DNA of 26,674 bases from an uncultured virus (IMG/VR IMGVR_UViG_3300016464_000385) (IMGVR_UViG_3300016464_000385); one strand, 5' to 3'; positions 10,059 to 16,597 are shown, counted from the stretch's first letter. Program-made: numbers and translations. Notes: generated from the sequence alone by a model not told the origin.

Positions 10059-10220
10059 ATGAGTGGATCAGTAGTTAAAAAGTGTGGATGTAAAGGAAAT
10101 CCGCCTAATGGTTCTGATTTTCAGGATAAGAAATATGGTGATGGTATGAGAGTTTGTAATTTAGATCTTAAGAAAAGTGTTGCTTCTTGTACTGTTTGTG
10201 GAAAAGATCATAAAATTTAG
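10059..10220 (+). CDS. 53-aa Cys-rich putative zinc-binding protein (not in ORF track)
   Basis: MSGSVVKKCGCKGNPPNGSDFQDKKYGDGMRVCNLDLKKSVASCTVCGKDHKI; GGAG RBS. Confidence 0.75.
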   Translation: MSGSVVKKCGCKGNPPNGSDFQDKKYGDGMRVCNLDLKKSVASCTVCGKDHKI

Positions 10221-10263
10221 TATAAATATAATTGTTAAAATTTAATTTTTTATAAATAGAAGT

Positions 10264-10386
10264 ATGAATAAAATAAACAACCTCATGATTAATACAACGA
10301 ATATAATGCCGCTAACATGGCAGATTCGCTCTTGCGCGTTTTATAGTCAAGAATCGTATAAAACGTTTTCTGGGGTTTATAGTTAA
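10264..10386 (+). CDS. Putative 40-aa leader peptide of an attenuator
   Basis: MNKINNLMINTTNIMPLTWQIRSCAFYSQESYKTFSGVYS; ATG lies 5 nt after TATAAATA; its 3' end is complementary to the downstream terminator. Confidence 0.5.
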   Translation: MNKINNLMINTTNIMPLTWQIRSCAFYSQESYKTFSGVYS

Positions 10387-10415
10387 ATTATAATAAAAAA
10401 TATTAAATAAACTTT

Positions 10416-10447
10416 AACCCCAAGCATTAAAAACTTGGGGTTTTTTA
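10416..10447 (+). terminator. Intrinsic terminator (possible attenuator)
   Basis: AACCCCAAG-CATTAAAAA-CTTGGGGTT followed by a T-run. Confidence 0.8.
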
Positions 10448-10467
10448 TTTTTAAGGAAGTAAAAACT

Positions 10468-10518
10468 TTACTTTCTACGAAAAACCCGTATAATAGTTTT
10501 TCGTAAGCTCTTTAACAA
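10468..10518 (+). promoter_or_regulatory. Sigma70-like promoter followed by rrn-type boxA
   Basis: TTTACT...TATAAT, then GCTCTTTAACAA at 10507-10518. Confidence 0.7.
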
Positions 10519-10532
10519 TTTGGAAAAATATT

Positions 10533-10607
10533 TCAGGAATCGTCTAATGGTAGTGACCTCAGCCTTTGAAGCTGAAGATCGTGGTTCGAGTCCACGTTCC
10601 TGATCCA
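10533..10607 (+). tRNA. tRNA-Gln(TTG)
   Basis: Cloverleaf, loop CTTTGAA, CCA. Confidence 0.93.
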
Positions 10608-10682
10608 TATAGAAACACATTCTTTGAGGTCTTGGTCGTTACCAGCGTAGCAAAAACGGCGACAGAGTGTGTTTCTATATGG
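10605..10682 (+). ncRNA. Long-stem structured element (family B, copy 1)
   Basis: CCATATAGAAACACATTCT / AGAGTGTGTTTCTATATGG 19-bp stem enclosing small hairpins. Confidence 0.6.
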
Positions 10683-10683
10683 T

Positions 10684-10781
10684 ATTATATAAAAGTATAT
10701 TCGCTGTCCTATTTGGATGGATAGTCCTGTTAATCGTTACTAGTGCGAGGGATATTGACAAAGAATATACTTCTATATAAT
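10684..10781 (+). ncRNA. Long-stem structured element (family B, copy 2)
   Basis: ATTATATAAAAGTATATTC / GAATATACTTCTATATAAT stem enclosing hairpins. Confidence 0.6.
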
Positions 10782-10787
10782 TTTAAT

Positions 10788-10862
10788 GCCCTTGTAGTGA
10801 AATGAATATCACGAATCGCTACGGACGATTTATTGGGAGTTTGAATCTCTCCGAGGGTGCCA
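10788..10862 (+). tRNA. tRNA-Arg(ACG)
   Basis: Cloverleaf, loop CTACGGA, CCA; atypical D-loop (no GG) and T-loop TTTGAAT. Confidence 0.88.
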
Positions 10863-10870
10863 ATTTAAAT

Positions 10871-10958
10871 GGAGGGTTATGTAACCTGGGATGTTACGTC
10901 TGCCTTGAAAGTAGAGCGAGCCGAAAGGCCAGGAGTTCGATTCTGCCATCCCTCCGCC
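10871..10958 (+). tRNA. tRNA-Ser(TGA), atypical
   Basis: GGAGGG/CCCTCC acceptor, loop CTTGAAA, long variable arm; imperfect T stem, ends GCC without full CCA. Confidence 0.72.
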
Positions 10959-11009
10959 CTTGAGTTATTGTCGAGACTCGAACCTTATAAATAGAACAGA
11001 GGTAAAATT

Positions 11010-11687
11010 ATGTTCTATACAATTTATAAGATAACAAATCAGATAAATGGCAAATTCTATATTGGAAGTCATAAGACCAAAAATTTGAACGACGATTATA
11101 TGGGTTCTGGTAAGTATTTAAAATACGCGCAAGAAAAATATGGTATTGAAAATTTCACAAAGGAAATTTTGTTTGTATTTGATACTCCAGAACTTATGTA
11201 TGAAAAAGAAGCAGAAATAGTTAATGAAGATTTTATTTCAGAAGAAAATACCTATAATATAAAAATAGGTGGTTTTGGTGGATGGGATTTTATCAATAAA
11301 AATGAAATAATGCATAACGGCATGAGTAGAAATGAATTTAATAAAATGGTTTCTCCGTTTTCGAAATTTTCTGAAGAAAAGAGACAGGAAATTTTAAATA
11401 AGGCTTCTATATCCGTTATAGAAAAAGGTTCTTGGAAAAATGGTATTAATACTATAAAAGAAAAATACCCTCAAGGTACATTTTCAGGAAAATGTCATTC
11501 AGAAGAAACAAAACGAAAAATAGGAGAAAAGAATTCTGTAAATCAACAAGGAGAAAAGAATTCCCAATTCGGAACTACTTGGATTTGGTGTAAAGACCAA
11601 GGAAATAAAAAAGTAAGAAAAGATTCGCTACAGGAATATTTAGATAAAGGTTGGGAAAAGAAATATATTCCTGGTTATAAAATATAG
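11010..11687 (+). mobile_element. GIY-YIG (Seg-like) free-standing homing endonuclease
   Basis: YTIYKITNQINGKFYIGSH...YMGSG; NUMOD3-like HSEETKRKIG; TATAAATA upstream. Confidence 0.9.
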
Positions 11688-11772
11688 AAGAAAATATCAA
11701 CTGGTGTTGATACACGCTTGGAAAGCGCTGTGACTCGAAAGGGTTGGGGTTCGATTCCTCTTTCTTCTGACA
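11686..11772 (+). tRNA. tRNA-Ser(GGA), atypical
   Basis: AGAAGAA/TTCTTCT acceptor, loop TTGGAAA, long variable arm, TTCGATT; ends GACA. Confidence 0.7.
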
Positions 11773-11779
11773 ATTCAAA

Positions 11780-11868
11780 GGAAGATTAACTGCTCGGGGT
11801 AGCAGCGCTGTTTGCTAAACAGTTGGAACCTGAAAGGGTTTGGGAGTCGGGATCTCAATTTTCCGCCA
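11780..11868 (+). tRNA. tRNA-Ser(GCT)
   Basis: Loop TTGCTAA, long variable arm, non-canonical T-loop GTCGGGA, GCCA end. Confidence 0.82.
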
Positions 11869-11874
11869 ATATTT

Positions 11875-11948
11875 GCCTCTATAGTTTAACGGTAAAACAG
11901 TTGCCTTGTAAGCATCTGATCTCAGTTCGATTCTGGGTTGAGGCTCCA
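11875..11948 (+). tRNA. tRNA-Thr(TGT)
   Basis: Cloverleaf, loop CTTGTAA, CCA. Confidence 0.9.
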
Positions 11949-11954
11949 ATATTT

Positions 11955-12036
11955 GGTTCAGTGCCTGAGTGGTCTAAGGGGTCGGTCTGCAAAACCGATA
12001 ATTTAATCAGCAGTTCGAATCTGCTCTGAACCTCCA
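11955..12036 (+). tRNA. tRNA-Cys(GCA)
   Basis: Cloverleaf, loop CTGCAAA, U73, CCA; enlarged variable region. Confidence 0.9.
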
Positions 12037-12098
12037 AAATAAAATGCTTGACTTTTATAAAAGAATAAAGTAAAATAGTTACATAAGTTGAATTAAAT

Positions 12099-12126
12099 GG
12101 ACCTGTCGTCTACTTGGTTTAGGATA
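12099..12126 (+). pseudogene. Truncated 5' tRNA fragment (Glu/Asp-type D arm)
   Basis: GGACCTG-TC-GTCTACTTGGTTTAGGAT with no 3' half, immediately before an endonuclease gene. Confidence 0.55.
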
Positions 12127-12183
12127 AATTAAATCAATCTTAAAATTCGGATTCCACTAAATAATATTAAAGTGGAGGTTTAT

Positions 12184-12969
12184 ATGAAAATTTGTCCTAA
12201 ATGTGGAGCGCGACACAATAAAAATGGAATATTTTGTTCTAGGAGTTGCGCCAATTCTAGAGTATGGACTGAAGAGATAAATGAATCTAGAAGAAAAAAG
12301 TTAAAAGACAATCCAGAAGTTATACCTTGGAATAAAGGAAAACATATAAAAGAAAGAATAAAAAAGGTTTGTAAAGAATGCGGAAAAGAGTTTGAAATTC
12401 TTAAATCATATAACGATAAAAATAACCCTAAATATTGTTCAAGCGAATGTGTTTATAAAAATTCTGGAGGATATAGGGAAGGATCTGGAAGATCAAAATC
12501 TGGATATTATAAAGGAATATATTGCGGTTCAACATATGAACTTGCTTGGGTGATTTATCAAATTGATAATAACATAGAGTTCCAAAGGTTTACTGGTACG
12601 TTAGAATTTGATGGAAATAAGTATATCCCAGATTTTATTCAAAATGGTAAAATTATAGAAATAAAAGGATACGAAAAAGAAGAATCTGTCGAAAAGAAAA
12701 ATTTAATAGCAAAAGCGAACGGTTTTGAAGTTTTTGTTTTGAGAAAAGAAAATCTAGAAAAAGAATTTGCTTGGGTTGAATCGAAGTATAAAACTAAAGA
12801 GTTATATACTTTATATGATGAATATAAACCAAAATATGAATATGTTTGTGATTATTGTAATAGCGTATTTCGTAAAGAACGTAAAATAATCACTAAACAT
12901 AAATTTTGTAATAGATTTTGTGCTGGAAAAGGGCATAAAGGTAGAAAGAATAAAGTCCTCATAGATTAA
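12184..12969 (+). mobile_element. Putative homing endonuclease, PD-(D/E)XK core with Cys-rich zinc/TRASH-like repeats
   Basis: CPKC..FCSRSC, CKEC..YCSSEC, STYEL..YIPDF..IIEIKG; GGAGG RBS before ATG 12184. Confidence 0.78.
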
Positions 12970-13032
12970 TTGGTTTAAATCGACAGACTTTCAATCTGTA
13001 GACTCCGAGTTCGATCCTCGGTGGGGACACCA
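12955..13032 (+). tRNA. tRNA-Glu(TTC)
   Basis: Cloverleaf, loop CTTTCAA, CCA; overlaps the endonuclease stop. Confidence 0.9.
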
Positions 13033-13126
13033 ATTTTAAAAATACATTCGCCTACGACGGTAGGTATTGTTGTGGTCCAATATTCTAGACGTAGGGTTCG
13101 ATTCCCTAGAGTGTACTTCTGAAAAT
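13033..13126 (+). ncRNA. tRNA-like long-stem element (family B, copy 3), His-like
   Basis: TACATTC/GAGTGTA stem extended outward, D-like hairpin, TATTG-TTGTGGTC-CAATA hairpin, perfect T arm TAGGG-TTCGATT-CCCTA, no CCA. Confidence 0.6.
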
Positions 13127-13133
13127 AAGTTTT

Positions 13134-13227
13134 GGGTGTCTTGCAGATATGGTGTGTTCTGCTCCGGACTGTAAATCCGGTCCCTCGTTGGTAAACATTC
13201 GCGGTTCGACTCCGTGGACACCCACCA
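13134..13227 (+). tRNA. tRNA-Tyr(GTA)
   Basis: Loop CTGTAAA, long variable arm, CCA. Confidence 0.9.
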
Positions 13228-13233
13228 AACAAT

Positions 13234-13307
13234 CGCGGGATGGAGAAATAGTAACTCAAGAGTCTCATAAGCTCTAGGTCCAGGTGCAATTCCTGGTCCC
13301 GCTACCA
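13234..13307 (+). tRNA. tRNA-Met(CAT), initiator-like
   Basis: CGCGGGA start with C1 unpaired, loop CTCATAA, T-loop TGCAATT, CCA. Confidence 0.82.
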
Positions 13308-13310
13308 ATA

Positions 13311-13530
13311 TGCGTTGCAACTAATGTCGGTGCTCCAGTTCTCCCGACTTAAAATGACTGATGATTTGTAGAAACAAGTTGATAGAGGTTCGAAACTTTA
13401 TCAGAATGCGACTATGATAGGTAATAACTGGGCCAATTTTATCTTGCGCACATCGTATAATTCGGGTAGACTTTTAAATGAGAAAGTCGCGCAAGAAGTC
13501 TAACAGAAAACCGTGACAGTTAGACAACTA
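13311..13530 (+). ncRNA. Unidentified multi-hairpin structured RNA(s)
   Basis: GTCGG/CCGAC, CCAGTT/AACTGG, TGATAGAG/CTTTATCA, TCTTGCGC/GCGCAAGA, GACTTT/AAAGTC, GTCTAAC/GTTAGAC helices. Confidence 0.5.
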
Positions 13531-13535
13531 ATTTT

Positions 13536-13609
13536 GGGAGTATAATTCAATGGCAGAATATCTGGCTTTTAACCAGTCTACGAAGGTTCGATTCCTTCTA
13601 CTCCTACCA
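13536..13609 (+). tRNA. tRNA-Lys(TTT)
   Basis: Cloverleaf, loop CTTTTAA, CCA. Confidence 0.93.
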
Positions 13610-13615
13610 AGTTTT

Positions 13616-13672
13616 AGGATACATACAGCAATTTAAAAAACTTTTATGGGAAAAAGCAAAAAGTATCCTGTT
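13616..13672 (+). ncRNA. Y-RNA-like element (family A, copy 1)
   Basis: AGGATAC-ATACAGCAA...GTATCCT-GTT with a small CTTTT/AAAAG hairpin. Confidence 0.65.
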
Positions 13673-13687
13673 GATTAAGACCATATT

Positions 13688-13804
13688 AGGTTTGTTACAG
13701 CAATATTAATATTTTCTTTGCAACAGAAAAAGACTAGGTTCGAATCCTAGCATAGATTGGTCATCTATGTGGTGTAATGGATAGCACAAAAAAAGCAAAC
13801 CTGT
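13688..13804 (+). ncRNA. Y-RNA-like element (family A, copy 2) with permuted tRNA body
   Basis: AGGTTTG-TTACAGCAA; anticodon-like TTTTCT-TTGCAAC-AGAAAA; T arm; closed acceptor CATAGAT/ATCTATG; D arm; CAAACCT-GT. Confidence 0.75.
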
Positions 13805-13813
13805 ACTTATTTC

Positions 13814-13887
13814 GCCTCATTAATTCAAAGGTAGAATACCGAACTGATAATTCAGAAACAATGGATCGTTACCATTATGAGGCACCA
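13814..13887 (+). tRNA. tRNA-Ile(GAT)
   Basis: Loop CTGATAA, T-loop ATCGTTA, CCA. Confidence 0.85.
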
Positions 13888-13913
13888 ATTTGACACTAAT
13901 AATTAGGTATATT

Positions 13914-14231
13914 ATGTTAGAAAAACAAACTCTTTCTTATTATGATTGGGATGATATTCAACAGTTTTTATCTGAAAAAATGAATATTGATGATGCTAAT
14001 TTTAGAGATTATCCTAAAGAATATAAAGATTTTTGGTATGTTTGGTTAGATATTGTATATGAAGACGTTCGAAACGATTCTTATAAAACATATTGGTTTG
14101 ATATGATGTTAGATAAAAAAGATTCAATAATAGCTAATCGAGGTGAATGGGTTTCTATTTTATTTGATGCTTTAAATGAATTACAAAAAGAAGTAAATGA
14201 AGAATATATAGTAATACGATATTCTTGGTAA
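13914..14231 (+). CDS. Hypothetical acidic, Trp-rich protein
   Basis: AGGT RBS before ATG 13914; ends in YSW. Confidence 0.7.
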   Translation: MLEKQTLSYYDWDDIQQFLSEKMNIDDANFRDYPKEYKDFWYVWLDIVYEDVRNDSYKTYWFDMMLDKKDSIIANRGEWVSILFDALNELQKEVNEEYIVIRYSW

Positions 14232-14234
14232 TTA

Positions 14235-14308
14235 GGTTGTATAGTTAAGTGGTATAACTAGAGATTCATATCCTCTTATCACCGGTTCGATTCTGGTTAC
14301 AACCACCA
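14235..14308 (+). tRNA. tRNA-Met(CAT), probably elongator
   Basis: Cloverleaf, loop TTCATAT, CCA. Confidence 0.85.
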
Positions 14309-14316
14309 AAGTTTAA

Positions 14317-14391
14317 GGTTCTATAGTGTAGTGGTCTGCACGATGCTCTGTCACAGCATAAGTAGGGGATCGTTCCCCCTTAGAACCGCCA
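14317..14391 (+). tRNA. tRNA-Asp(GTC)
   Basis: Loop CTGTCAC, T-loop ATCGTTC, GCCA. Confidence 0.88.
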
Positions 14392-14452
14392 ATTTAGGTT
14401 TAGTGGTAAGGTTTGAAGTTTGAGTTTTTATAAATAGTATAGAGGTAATTTT

Positions 14453-15028
14453 ATGCTATTATGTAAATATTGTAATAAAGAATGCAAAAACGATAATTCT
14501 TTAAGAAATCATGAACGATTGTGTTCTAAAAACCCGAATAAACAAATCGCCAAAATAGAAAATTTAAATAATTATTTAGCTAAGAAAATGTGTAAATTTT
14601 GTTTGAATGATTATTCTCTTGGAAATTTAACCAAGCACGAGAAAAGTTGTAAACAAAACCCCTTAAATTTTAAAGAATGTCCTGTTTGTAAAAAAAATCA
14701 TACAAAGAAAAGCGTAACTTGTTCTTATAGTTGTTCTAATACTTTTTTCCGAAGCGGAAAAAATAATCCTAATTGGAAAGAACATAGTTATAGAACAACT
14801 TGTTTTGAATTTCATAAAAAACAATGTATTGTTTGCGGAGAAGAAAAAATAGTTACGGTTCATCACTTAAACGAAGATCATAGTGACAACAGGCCAGAAA
14901 ATTTAATACCTTTATGCCCTACTCATCATCAATATGTTCATAGTAGGTATAAAGAAGAAGTTCAATCTTATATTGATGATTATATAAAAACTTTTATTTC
15001 CGTTCGTGGGTCATTGGTTGACCACTAG
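14453..15028 (+). mobile_element. HNH homing endonuclease with N-terminal C2HC zinc-finger repeats
   Basis: CIVCG..VHHLNEDHSDNRPENLIPLCPTHHQYVH; TATAAATA upstream. Confidence 0.88.
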
Positions 15029-15074
15029 TTTTGGGAACTAGATTAAGGGAGTTCGAGTCCCTCTACACGGACCA
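15000..15074 (+). tRNA. tRNA-Pro(TGG), chimeric or mispaired
   Basis: Loop TTTGGGA; acceptor CCGTTCG/TACACGG and T stem GGGAG/CCCTC carry mismatches. Confidence 0.7.
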
Positions 15075-15081
15075 ATTTTAA

Positions 15082-15156
15082 TGGCAATTAGCACAGCGGT
15101 AGTGCATCGGACTGTTAATCCGTGGGTCGTAGGTTCGAATCCTACATTGCCAGCCA
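15082..15156 (+). tRNA. tRNA-Asn(GTT), second copy
   Basis: Cloverleaf, loop CTGTTAA, CCA. Confidence 0.95.
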
Positions 15157-15162
15157 ATTTAT

Positions 15163-15240
15163 GGGGAATGGGACTGCTTGGGGTGGTCGTAAGTTTTGCA
15201 AACTTATTTCAGATCGGTTCGAATCCGATATTCTCCACCA
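15163..15240 (+). tRNA. tRNA-Ala(TGC)
   Basis: G3:U70 pair, loop TTTGCAA, CCA. Confidence 0.9.
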
Positions 15241-15290
15241 ATTTATTTTTAATTATTCAGTTTGAAGGCAATTTTATATAAAAAATAAAT

Positions 15291-15364
15291 ATCTCAGTGG
15301 TGTAACGGTAACATGTCACGCTCCAAACGTGGTGTTGAGGGTTCAAATCCTTCCTGGGATGCCA
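15291..15364 (+). tRNA. tRNA-Trp(CCA)
   Basis: Cloverleaf, loop CTCCAAA, CCA. Confidence 0.92.
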
Positions 15365-15402
15365 ATTTAAAATTGGTGTAAAATTATAAAAAAAGTAATG
15401 TA

Positions 15403-15588
15403 ATGAATAAAGAAAAAATTCAAAAACGTTTAAATTTGATTAACAAATCGCTTAATATATTATCAGATTGTGCTCATATGGACCAATTTGTAACAGGTTC
15501 TAAAGAAAGAGATAATACATATATAAGAGCAATTCTTCTATTAAAAGAAAAAAGAGAAAAATTAAATAATATTATTTTAAGAGAATAA
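15403..15588 (+). CDS. Small hypothetical protein
   Basis: 61-aa ORF on the coding strand. Confidence 0.5.
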   Translation: MNKEKIQKRLNLINKSLNILSDCAHMDQFVTGSKERDNTYIRAILLLKEKREKLNNIILRE

Positions 15589-15611
15589 AAAATATGTAAC
15601 AAGAGGTAATT

Positions 15612-16082
15612 ATGCGTACTATTAATGTAGAAGAAGTAAAAGAATATATAGAATCATTGGGTCCAAACACTAAAATATATATCGGCGGAGACTCTGAACG
15701 CTTCAAATTAAACGGTCAATGGTACGCAGATTATACTCTAGTTATAGTAGTACATATTAACGGTAAACATGGTTGTAAAGTTTTTGGTGAAATCCATAGG
15801 GAAAGGGATTTTGATCAAAAGAAACAAAAACCAAGAATGCGTCTTATGACAGAAGTATATAAAATAGCAGAATTATATCTAAAATTAAAAGACGTTCTGG
15901 AAGATAGAGAAGTAGAAGTCCATTTAGATATTAACAAAGATGAAAAATTTGGAAGTTCTTGTGTAGTTAATGAAGCTATCGGATACATTCGTGGTATGTG
16001 TAACGTAACGCCATTCGTAAAACCCAACGCTTGGGCAGCTTCTACCTGCGCTGATAGACTAAAAAGTTTAAATGTTGCATAA
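15612..16082 (+). CDS. RNase H-like YkuK/DUF458 family protein
   Basis: IYIGGDS, RLMTEV, EVHLDIN, VKPNAWAASTCAD motifs. Confidence 0.85.
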   Translation: MRTINVEEVKEYIESLGPNTKIYIGGDSERFKLNGQWYADYTLVIVVHINGKHGCKVFGEIHRERDFDQKKQKPRMRLMTEVYKIAELYLKLKDVLEDREVEVHLDINKDEKFGSSCVVNEAIGYIRGMCNVTPFVKPNAWAASTCADRLKSLNVA

Positions 16083-16090
16083 AAAAATGA

Positions 16091-16118
16091 TTGACTTTTT
16101 GAAAAAGTTTAGTATAAT
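16091..16118 (+). promoter_or_regulatory. Sigma70-like promoter driving the family A array and the DUF2828 gene
   Basis: TTGACT-N16-TATAAT, 10 nt before the first element. Confidence 0.7.
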
Positions 16119-16128
16119 AGTTAAATAA

Positions 16129-16211
16129 AGGATGAATACAGTTTTAAATACTCAATCTCGGTCCTAAGATGCCTATATGGTTGACCGATTTAGTAAAAAT
16201 ACTATTCTGTT
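16129..16211 (+). ncRNA. Y-RNA-like element (family A, copy 3, divergent)
   Basis: AGGATG-AATACAG...TATTCT-GTT with internal TCGGTC/GACCGA helix. Confidence 0.55.
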
Positions 16212-16220
16212 AAGATTTTT

Positions 16221-16332
16221 AGAATCCTTACAGCATAATTATTGCATTGAAAGCCGTTTACATAGGTTCGATTCCTATTTTCCCCACATGGAAATAGCTT
16301 AGTGGTAAAGCAACGAAAAAGAGGATTCTGTT
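16221..16332 (+). ncRNA. Y-RNA-like element (family A, copy 4) with permuted tRNA body
   Basis: AGAATCCT-TACAGCA; T arm ATAGG-TTCGATT-CCTAT; TTTCC-CCACAT-GGAAA; D arm GCTT-AGTGGTA-AAGC; AGGATTCT-GTT. Confidence 0.78.
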
Positions 16333-16340
16333 AAGTTTTT

Positions 16341-16398
16341 AGGTTCGATTCAGCAAAATAACTTTCCGCCACATTTGGAAAAATAAAACGAACCTGTT
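16341..16398 (+). ncRNA. Y-RNA-like element (family A, copy 5)
   Basis: AGGTTCG-ATTCAGCAA; hairpin TTTCC-GCCACATTT-GGAAA; CGAACCT-GTT. Confidence 0.7.
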
Positions 16399-16407
16399 AA
16401 TGATTTT

Positions 16408-16525
16408 AGGGTACATACAGCCAAAATTTTTTGCAATTGTAATGCCGTGGTTGTTGGTTCGAGTCCAACTTTCTCTTAGGAGAAATAGCTCAATCGGTAG
16501 AGCACGTAAAAAACTGTATCCTGTT
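16408..16525 (+). ncRNA. Y-RNA-like element (family A, copy 6) with permuted tRNA body
   Basis: AGGGTACA-TACAGC; GCA-ATTGTAA-TGC; T arm GTTGG-TTCGAGT-CCAAC; TTTCTC-TTAG-GAGAAA; D arm GCTC-AATCGGTA-GAGC; TGTATCCT-GTT. Confidence 0.8.
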
Positions 16526-16533
16526 TAAATGTT

Positions 16534-16597
16534 AGGTTTATTTCCGCATATTAAAATAAACAAACTGAAACTTTGTCTAAAAAACATATAAACCTGT
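16534..16597 (+). ncRNA. Y-RNA-like element (family A, copy 7) with Phe anticodon stem-loop
   Basis: AGGTTTAT-TTCCGCA; ACAAA-CTGAAAC-TTTGT; ATAAACCT-GT; abuts the RBS of the DUF2828 gene. Confidence 0.68.

Noticed and set aside
13355..13410. Hammerhead ribozyme (CTGATGA ... GAAA present)
   Set aside because: I could not build stems I and III around the core with correct geometry.
13446..13470. Purine riboswitch (TCGTATAAT)
   Set aside because: The downstream ATATGG and TTTCTACC elements are missing.
11575..15281. ORF-track entries 11575-11778, 11823-12029, 12975-13289, 13036-13320 and 15081-15281
   Set aside because: They overlap tRNA genes and are spurious open frames.
16129..16597. CRISPR array interpretation of the repeated units
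   Set aside because: Units covary as paired stems instead of being identical direct repeats, lengths vary from about 57 to 118 nt, and there are no cas genes.
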